Part shown: positions 25,910 through 32,000 of the stretch, piece after piece
How the letters are laid out: each line of letters starts with the position of its first letter
Numbering within the stretch: position 1 is the stretch's first letter
Assembly: GCF_000354175.2 (NCBI RefSeq)
Contig: NC_022359.1
Coordinates: forward strand, 1,410,001-1,442,000
DNA: 32,000 bases
Source: Vibrio alginolyticus NBRC 15630 = ATCC 17749
Lineage (GTDB): Bacteria > Pseudomonadota > Gammaproteobacteria > Enterobacterales > Vibrionaceae
Direction of reading: 5' to 3'
Notes under the pieces: model-generated
Database searches by the model: none
Told to the model about the DNA's origin: nothing
The model's input: only the letters and a program-made list of their open reading frames with translations
Program-made: the position numbers and the translations under genes

Positions 25910-26749
25910 CTATTCGCTACGCCAATTGTATATTACTCCTACCGCATAGCCATCTGGCTCGATGTCGGCTTGCAAAACGTGAAAGTCTGGGCAGGGGCTG
26001 CTTCTTTGAAGCTCATCAATCACTAACGCTTTTAAAACTCCGCCACATGCACCCAATCCGCCAAGTTTTATATCAACAAATTGATACTGAGTTTGATCGG
26101 TCACCCACGGAGACAAGAATTGCATTGAGTTTAACCATTGCGGCTCTTCCTCATTAACGGATAAATACAATTGACTGAGTGGATGTTCACAACTTACTCC
26201 TAATTGCTTAAACACCTTGTCCACGGCGATGCGTTGTTGTTTGGCATCTAAATCAATTCGAACAACATCAGGCACAAGACCTGAATGTCGAAAAAAACAC
26301 TTGGTTAAAATGATAGAGCTTTGAGGTTCGACATGCCCTTCTACATCGCTCGTAACCTCTATAGCCAGTATCCAAGTCGCTTGCGTTTCATTAACTTCAC
26401 GATTTATCCGATTTAGTGCCATCAAAAATGCAGCTTGGCCATAAGGATAAAAGTAAATTTCAGTATTGACAGTTTGGCCAACGAAAATAGAAAGCTCGCT
26501 TATCAATGCTTTAAGCAAGCTTTTGTCTACCGAAGATGGTAAAAGAACACAGAGATTCCCTTTGATATCAACTTGCTCAAGACTCTCGCGCTCAGAGCGC
26601 ACGAGGCTTAATATATGCTCATCTATTGATTGAGCAAAGTCAGGGGGTCGGATTTCCTCGGACAATCTAAAAGAATCATCAGCTATCTCGCGAACGGTGT
26701 GTGAACGGCCATTAAAGGATAGAAGATGCGTTTGAAATGCGAGTGGCAT
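25910..26749 (-). CDS. Hypothetical protein, last gene of the hcp-vgrG-PAAR operon (candidate T6SS cargo/adaptor; family unknown)
   Basis: 279-aa intact ORF. Its ATG (26749-26747) directly follows the PAAR stop TAG (26752-26750). No signal peptide or TM segment. I recognise no diagnostic motif. Confidence refers to it being a real gene, not to any function. Confidence 0.8.
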   Translation of the reverse strand: MPLAFQTHLLSFNGRSHTVREIADDSFRLSEEIRPPDFAQSIDEHILSLVRSERESLEQVDIKGNLCVLLPSSVDKSLLKALISELSIFVGQTVNTEIYFYPYGQAAFLMALNRINREVNETQATWILAIEVTSDVEGHVEPQSSIILTKCFFRHSGLVPDVVRIDLDAKQQRIAVDKVFKQLGVSCEHPLSQLYLSVNEEEPQWLNSMQFLSPWVTDQTQYQFVDIKLGGLGACGGVLKALVIDELQRSSPCPDFHVLQADIEPDGYAVGVIYNWRSE

Positions 26750-27040
26750 CTAGCCTCCGATTAAAACCGTAGGCATACCAGATAGAATTTTGCCACCATG
26801 AGACGTTGAATCGCCGACTCTTGCGGCTGGTTTACCGTTGATTGTTACGCTAGAAGAACCTGCTGAGATACTATCCGGAGGACCGATACAAATAAGCTTG
26901 TCGCCTTGTCTTGCCGCAGGTATCCCGCCAATCGTTACGTTTGGTGAACCAACAACGACGGGACCACCGACATGCGGTATCTTTCCTGTTTTTTTAGGGC
27001 AAAGATGAAAGCTGCCCAAAATTGCGGCTGGTTTACCCAC
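26750..27040 (-). CDS. PAAR-domain T6SS spike-tip protein (stand-alone, no extension)
   Basis: 96 aa. Three PAAR-like repeats: GKPAAILGS, GIPAARQGD, GKPAARVGD. GTG start preceded by SD TAAGGTGA, whose TAA is the vgrG stop. Confidence 0.92.
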   Translation of the reverse strand: MGKPAAILGSFHLCPKKTGKIPHVGGPVVVGSPNVTIGGIPAARQGDKLICIGPPDSISAGSSSVTINGKPAARVGDSTSHGGKILSGMPTVLIGG

Positions 27041-27051
27041 TTTAAATCACC

Positions 27052-28887
27052 TTAGTTCAATGAAATTTGCCCAGCTTTAAGAGCAATAGCTGAGCCGTTA
27101 ATGGATATTTTATTACCTTTGATATTGATTTCTCCAGAGCTAGACATCTGAATAGAAGCACCACCTACTTTGATCTCGACGCTCTTTCCTGCATTAAAAG
27201 ACAGTACTTCACCCGTTTCATTCGAAAAGTTTTTACCTACTTTCAAGCTCGCGTTCTGACCAACCTCTTGATTAACATCATTGGTCACTTTTTCGGTTTT
27301 ACTGTTTTCAACGGCGATATCAACACAGTCTTCAACTAGCATTTGGAACAGTTTTTCAGCATGAAGATAAATGTGCTCTTCACCAGGCTTATCATCGAAG
27401 CGCAACTCATTAAAATTGGATGTACCTTTTTGTACAGAGCGTGATTTATAACCACTCTGAGAACTTTGCTCTGGTAAAGCGTAAGGAGGGAGTTGACTAC
27501 CGTTATATAGTGACCCCGTAACGATTGGTTGATCAGGGTCTCCGTTGACAAACTCGACGATGACCTCTTGTCCGACTCTAGGGTGAAACACCGACCCCCA
27601 TCCGTTACCTGCGATATTTTGCGCAACACGAATCCAACATGAACTATTTACATCGTATTTACCAACACGGTCCCAGTGAAACTGAACTTTGATACGGCCA
27701 TGTTTGTCTATGTAAATTTCACCATCTTTGTTCCCCGTAACTATTGCAGTTTGCAAACCTTTCATCTGAGGTTTCGGATAGTTAACTGAAGGACGAAGGA
27801 TTGTCTTTGAGTCAACACAACTAAACGAGACTTTGACACCTTGCGCACCGGTGCCACCTTGACCAGTCTGGTTATAAACAGCAGCAGACAAAAAAACAGA
27901 AGACAGTACATATTCTTTGCCAACTCGAGATTTATCTTCATGTTTTTTAAACTTGAAGCACTTGCCTACGCTGAATGTTCTGCACGTAGCCTCGCCACGA
28001 CACAAATATGCATTTTGCTGTAGTGCTTCTATTGCATGCGTGTTTCTCAGTGCGTATTGATCATTGCTCTCCATTTCACCCATGTATTCAAAATACTCGC
28101 TTTCAGGCACTGTAAAAAAATCACTTTCACCCTTTGCAGTATTTTTAGGATTCGAAGAAGGCTTGAGCATGTTATAGCCTGACTTTTGACTCGCTTTAGT
28201 AGTCAGAATTTGCGTTTCATGCCAAGAAGAAATGTGGCTAGATTTCGCCGTACCTGTATCAAAATCGACTAAAAACTCAGTACCCGGCTTATAAAAACTG
28301 ATGTCATCAAAAATATTGAGCGTATGGGCAGACTTAGTATGTGTAAAACAAAATGATAGCCCCTCTTCCGATAACAGACGTCGAACAAATTCAAGATCTG
28401 ATTCTTCATATTGTACTTTGTACGTGTATTTAGGATAGGACTTGGTTAGCTCAAAACTAAAGGCAACACTATGCTCCGATAGTACTTCAGAGATAATTTC
28501 CTTTATATCTTTATGCTGAAATATTCTGCAATTTTTTCGATATTCAGCGAAACGTAATTTAGGCTCTATTAATAATTCTATGTTTTTATAATTTTCGCCT
28601 TTATGTGTATTAGAAACCCTTTTCCCTTCTAATCTTGCAGCAGAAACGTAACCATGCATATAACGAGGATTTGAAGAAACATCCTCATTATTTTCAAGGG
28701 TAATGGTAACTTCCTTACCAATAATTTCGTTTAACTCACTTCGTTGATCATTAAAGTAAGCTTTAGCACGCAATGAAAAAAGTTCTGAGATCTCTTCTTT
28801 ATACTCAAACGAGTTTAGTATGATGGCATCTTTACCGAATGGGGAAGAAATTCGGATGAAATTGTTATCTTGAGTTGCTCTTTTCAT
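27052..28887 (-). CDS. vgrG: VgrG (TssI) T6SS spike protein, core only
   Basis: 611 aa. gp27-like N-terminal region, then the gp5 OB-fold block RVAQNIAGNGWGSVFHPRVGQEVIVEFVNGDPDQPIVTGSLYN, NELRFDDKPGEEHIYLHAEK, and terminal beta-helix repeats. It ends at the helix with no effector domain. Confidence 0.93.
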   Translation of the reverse strand: MKRATQDNNFIRISSPFGKDAIILNSFEYKEEISELFSLRAKAYFNDQRSELNEIIGKEVTITLENNEDVSSNPRYMHGYVSAARLEGKRVSNTHKGENYKNIELLIEPKLRFAEYRKNCRIFQHKDIKEIISEVLSEHSVAFSFELTKSYPKYTYKVQYEESDLEFVRRLLSEEGLSFCFTHTKSAHTLNIFDDISFYKPGTEFLVDFDTGTAKSSHISSWHETQILTTKASQKSGYNMLKPSSNPKNTAKGESDFFTVPESEYFEYMGEMESNDQYALRNTHAIEALQQNAYLCRGEATCRTFSVGKCFKFKKHEDKSRVGKEYVLSSVFLSAAVYNQTGQGGTGAQGVKVSFSCVDSKTILRPSVNYPKPQMKGLQTAIVTGNKDGEIYIDKHGRIKVQFHWDRVGKYDVNSSCWIRVAQNIAGNGWGSVFHPRVGQEVIVEFVNGDPDQPIVTGSLYNGSQLPPYALPEQSSQSGYKSRSVQKGTSNFNELRFDDKPGEEHIYLHAEKLFQMLVEDCVDIAVENSKTEKVTNDVNQEVGQNASLKVGKNFSNETGEVLSFNAGKSVEIKVGGASIQMSSSGEINIKGNKISINGSAIALKAGQISLN

Positions 28888-28901
28888 TAAATACTTCTTT
28901 C

Positions 28902-28930
28902 AAAAAAATGCGGAGGAATACTCCCCCGCA
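28902..28930 (-). terminator. Intrinsic terminator/attenuator between hcp and vgrG
   Basis: Minus strand, 6 nt after the hcp stop: TGCGGGGG-AGTATT-CCTCCGCA (8 bp, one G-U pair) followed by TTTTTTT. The vgrG ATG is 15 nt further on. Confidence 0.65.
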
Positions 28931-28936
28931 TGAAAA

Positions 28937-29416
28937 TTACATTTGTTGACCTTTAACACCGCTGTAGCCGTATACCAATGGAGCAGAAGTGTTGTTCTTA
29001 TCGTCAGTAGGAGTCACTGTCATCATCATTTCTGTGTAAGAAATTGTGATAGTTTCAACTGGACGATCGTCTTGGATAGAAACTGAGTAGTTAGAAATCA
29101 TCGCATCAGTCAGTTCGATCTTCATGATCTCTTCAACCTTCTCACCCTGCTTAGTAATATGGAAAACCGCTGGTTTACCTTTACCAATCGTCGCTTCTTT
29201 AAATAAGTCAGGAGAAGAACGGTCTTGAAGTTTAGTGATAGTCAAATCATATAGACGAGTAGCGCTCGCTTCACGGTCCATCGCTGTACCAGTGTATGAT
29301 GAGATCTCACGACCTACACTCCAATCTACAGATAGTAGTGTAATCAAATCTTTGTATTGCTCGGCTGTTGCCTCACCCTTAATATCTGCGTATTTAAGAT
29401 ACGTATTAGACTGCAT
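28937..29416 (-). CDS. hcp: Hcp (TssD) T6SS tube protein, Hcp1-type
   Basis: 159 aa. YLKYADIKGEATAEQYKD...LLSVDWSV...DLTITKLQDRSSPDLFKEA parallels remembered P. aeruginosa Hcp1 (FIKIGDVKGESKDKTHAEEIDVLAWSWG...DLSFTKYIDKSTPNLMMAC). Strong SD aggaga 6 nt upstream of the ATG. Confidence 0.9.
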   Translation of the reverse strand: MQSNTYLKYADIKGEATAEQYKDLITLLSVDWSVGREISSYTGTAMDREASATRLYDLTITKLQDRSSPDLFKEATIGKGKPAVFHITKQGEKVEEIMKIELTDAMISNYSVSIQDDRPVETITISYTEMMMTVTPTDDKNNTSAPLVYGYSGVKGQQM

Positions 29417-29624
29417 GCTAATCTCCTATAGCATTATTAATTGACATATATCGTAGTAATTTAATTATCTGACGTTTGGTGATAATTAGTGATTAATGTA
29501 TCAAAAACTTCATTTTAAATACGCCCTGTTATATCTTTAAATAAGATTTAATTTAAGCGTTTTTTATAAAAAATAATAGTTAATATGAACCAACTCCCAA
29601 TTATTATTGAGAGTGTAAAGGATG

Positions 29625-32000
29625 TTAAACTATTGAGACATCAAGTCCACTAGTTGTACCTTTAACAATAATTTCATCAAACGTCTTATCATTAAGAATT
29701 GCATGCAATATTTCATGAGAAATCTTCGGAAGCAATGTATTTTCTATGGTTGTTTGTACCACACGCGCACCACTGCCAGACTCATTGCTATTGTCTACAA
29801 TATCATTAATTAGTTCCTCATCAAAAAACAGGTCAGCGTTATAGTGCTTACGAATACGAGTCGTAATTTTATCCAACTTTAATTTTGTTATTTCTATCAA
29901 TACTTTTCTTGATAGAGGCAAATAAGGTAATACGTTCACACGCCCTAAAAATGCAGGTTTAAAGTCGACCAACAAATCATCGCGTAAAGCATCTTTTAGT
30001 GCTGACGGCTCAGGAGATAAATCAGGATCAGAATACAAAGACATCGTCGTTTCGGTCCCTGTGTTCGCGGTCATAATAATAATAGTGTTTTTAAAGTCTA
30101 TATCTCGACCTTCACCGTCTTTAATTGAGCCTTTATCAAACACCTGATAAAAAATATCTTGAACACCAGGGTGCGCTTTTTCCATTTCATCGAGGAGAAT
30201 TACACTATAAGGTTTACGTCTAACAGCTTCAGTCAGTACACCTCCTTCTCCATAACCGACATAACCAGGAGGAGAACCTAATAGCAATGAGACTTTATGC
30301 TCTTCCTTAAATTCCGACATATTGATAGTCGTGACATTTTCTTCACTACCATAGACTTTCTCTGCAATCGCCAAAGCCGATTCGGTTTTACCCACTCCGC
30401 TTGGTCCGGTTAGGAGAAATACACCATTTGGTCGTGTCTCATCCGTGAGCTGCGCACTCGCGGTTTTTATCACTTCAGACATGAGCTCTAAAGCGTGATC
30501 CTGCCCGACAACTCGCTTACACAAACTTTCTTTCAAACCCAATACTGCTTGGATTTCATCATCCTGAAGTTTACCTAGCGGTATACCGGTCCAATCCGAA
30601 ATAACTTCTGCGATTAGCGCTTCATTTACATGCGAAAAAACTAAGGGCTGTGAGTTAGCGGAAAGGTTATTTTCAAGCTCTTGTAACTTGTCTCTAGCAG
30701 TTTCAGAACCCTCCTGGATTATTTGGGTTCTAAGTGACTTAGCTTCATTTACCCATTCTTTTTCTTTTTCCCAAAGTACTTCTAATTCAATAATGTCATT
30801 AGATAGCGCATCAATCTCTTTTCGGACACCTTGCAGCTGCACATCAAGAGATGCTCCTAGCCGACTCTCTTGGCTAAGATGCTCATACTCAGCTTGCTTT
30901 GCTTTAAGTTTGTTTCTTTTCGCATCTAGGCCTCCCGGTGTAGATGACTGACTTAACGCAACTCGAGAACAGGCCGTATCCAAAACAGAAACCGCTTTAT
31001 CTGGCAGTTGACGACCATTAATGTATCGAGCTGACAGTTGGACCGCTGCATTGAGAGCTTGGTTAGTGATATGAACATCGTGGTGTTGTGCCATTACATC
31101 AAGTAAGCCTCGTAACATTTCGATCGCGAGTTCAGGGGCAGGCTCATCAACCTTTACGACTTGAAAACGCCTAGTTAAAGCTGCATCTTTTTCAAAATAC
31201 TTTTTATACTCTGCCCACGTTGTTGCTGCGATCGTTCTGAGTTCACCTCTCGCTAATGCTGGCTTCAGAATATTCGCCGCATCACCTTGGCCCGCTTGCC
31301 CACCACCGCCAATTAGGCCATGAGCTTCATCAATGAACAATATAATAGGCTGTGGAGCGTCGTTTACTTCCTTAACAAGGTTCTTAAGCCTGTTTTCAAA
31401 CTCACCTTTCATGCCTGCGCCGGCTTGCAGTAACGCCAAATCCAGAGACTTAATTGCCACATTTTGCAGAGCGGGAGGTACATCGCCATCAATGATCTTT
31501 TGCGCCAAACCTTCAACAACGGCTGTTTTTCCAACACCAGCTTCTCCCGTAAGAATCGGGTTGTTTTGTCGGCGTCTTAATAAAATATCGATCATTAGGC
31601 GAATTTCATTATCTCTACCAATCACCGGATCTATTTTACCTTCCCTAGCTTGCTCAGTAAGGTCTGTTGTAAATTGATTCAAGGCGGAATTCGCGTTTGA
31701 CTGCGCTAAGTCATTCGATCTTGATTGAGGCGCATTACTTTCTTTAAAGTTCAATAAGCGAGATGGTTCTATCTTGTTTAGTTCAGGACTAATCGAACCA
31801 GCCATGTTGACTAACGTATCATCAGACAAGTAGGCAAATAAAAGATGGATGCACCCCAACTGTTCTTGATTGAATTCAATGGTTGCAGACAACAAGGCAT
31901 TTTGCATAACAGTCACCGTATGAGCTGATAGCCCAGGCACCGACTGGCATCCTGTTTTGTATTTTTCTAATGCCTTTTGAATATCGGTTTCAACCTTGAT
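29625..32000 (-). CDS. clpV: ClpV (TssH) T6SS AAA+ sheath-recycling ATPase; N-terminus outside the window
   Basis: The listed ORF (GTG at 31940) is an artefact. The frame stays open to nt 32000 (IKVETDIQKALEKYKTGCQSVPGLS...). Two AAA modules: Walker A GEAGVGKTAVVEGLA with Walker B ILFIDEAH, and Walker A GPSGVGKTESALAIA with Walker B ILLDEMEKAH. Middle-domain coiled coil present. Confidence 0.93.
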   Translation of the reverse strand: MKVETDIQKALEKYKTGCQSVPGLSAHTVTVMQNALLSATIEFNQEQLGCIHLLFAYLSDDTLVNMAGSISPELNKIEPSRLLNFKESNAPQSRSNDLAQSNANSALNQFTTDLTEQAREGKIDPVIGRDNEIRLMIDILLRRRQNNPILTGEAGVGKTAVVEGLAQKIIDGDVPPALQNVAIKSLDLALLQAGAGMKGEFENRLKNLVKEVNDAPQPIILFIDEAHGLIGGGGQAGQGDAANILKPALARGELRTIAATTWAEYKKYFEKDAALTRRFQVVKVDEPAPELAIEMLRGLLDVMAQHHDVHITNQALNAAVQLSARYINGRQLPDKAVSVLDTACSRVALSQSSTPGGLDAKRNKLKAKQAEYEHLSQESRLGASLDVQLQGVRKEIDALSNDIIELEVLWEKEKEWVNEAKSLRTQIIQEGSETARDKLQELENNLSANSQPLVFSHVNEALIAEVISDWTGIPLGKLQDDEIQAVLGLKESLCKRVVGQDHALELMSEVIKTASAQLTDETRPNGVFLLTGPSGVGKTESALAIAEKVYGSEENVTTINMSEFKEEHKVSLLLGSPPGYVGYGEGGVLTEAVRRKPYSVILLDEMEKAHPGVQDIFYQVFDKGSIKDGEGRDIDFKNTIIIMTANTGTETTMSLYSDPDLSPEPSALKDALRDDLLVDFKPAFLGRVNVLPYLPLSRKVLIEITKLKLDKITTRIRKHYNADLFFDEELINDIVDNSNESGSGARVVQTTIENTLLPKISHEILHAILNDKTFDEIIVKGTTSGLDVSIV

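Noticed and set aside
1-32000. Scan for CRISPR arrays, IS elements, integrons, prophage genes and toxin-antitoxin pairs
   Set aside because: I saw no regularly spaced direct repeats. No ORF has transposase, integrase or recombinase motifs, and there are no small two-gene overlapping cassettes. The only long exact repeat I noticed is the 74-nt tRNA-Cys.

Overview
This is a densely coding 32-kb chromosomal window. Gene content and sequence style look gammaproteobacterial, most likely Vibrionaceae, but that is inference because no database search was possible. I saw no IS, transposase, integrase or CRISPR array.

Gene order, left to right:
- 3' end of a class-3 lipase, then a PspB-like small membrane protein (-) and a secreted GH13 alpha-amylase (-).
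- A tRNA-Leu(UAA)/tRNA-Cys(GCA) operon (-).
- A methyl-accepting chemoreceptor (+) followed by a signal-peptide-bearing, Bsr-type alanine/broad-spectrum racemase (+) and azlCD (+).
- dld (-), a LysR regulator (-), and a second tRNA operon, Cys(GCA)/Gly(GCC) (-).
- viaA and ravA (-).
- NUDIX hydrolase and ltaE (+), a monohaem cytochrome c (+), a YfcC-family carrier (+) and an AstE/AspA-family zinc hydrolase (+).
- Lipocalin Blc (-), divergent from a small lipoprotein (+) that looks like a stefin/cystatin.
- sbcC and sbcD (-).
- The edge of a type VI secretion cluster, all on the minus strand: clpV (5' end outside the window), a 208-bp AT-rich spacer, then hcp, vgrG, PAAR and an unassignable 279-aa ORF.

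Most interesting items:
1. The orphan 279-aa ORF starts directly after the PAAR stop codon and has no immunity-like gene downstream.
2. The stefin-like lipoprotein.
3. The chemoreceptor / periplasmic racemase / AzlCD neighbourhood, which may form a D-amino-acid production and sensing module.
4. A strong intrinsic terminator between hcp and vgrG.

All protein calls rest on motifs and remembered homologues read from the supplied translations. Nothing was searched against a database.
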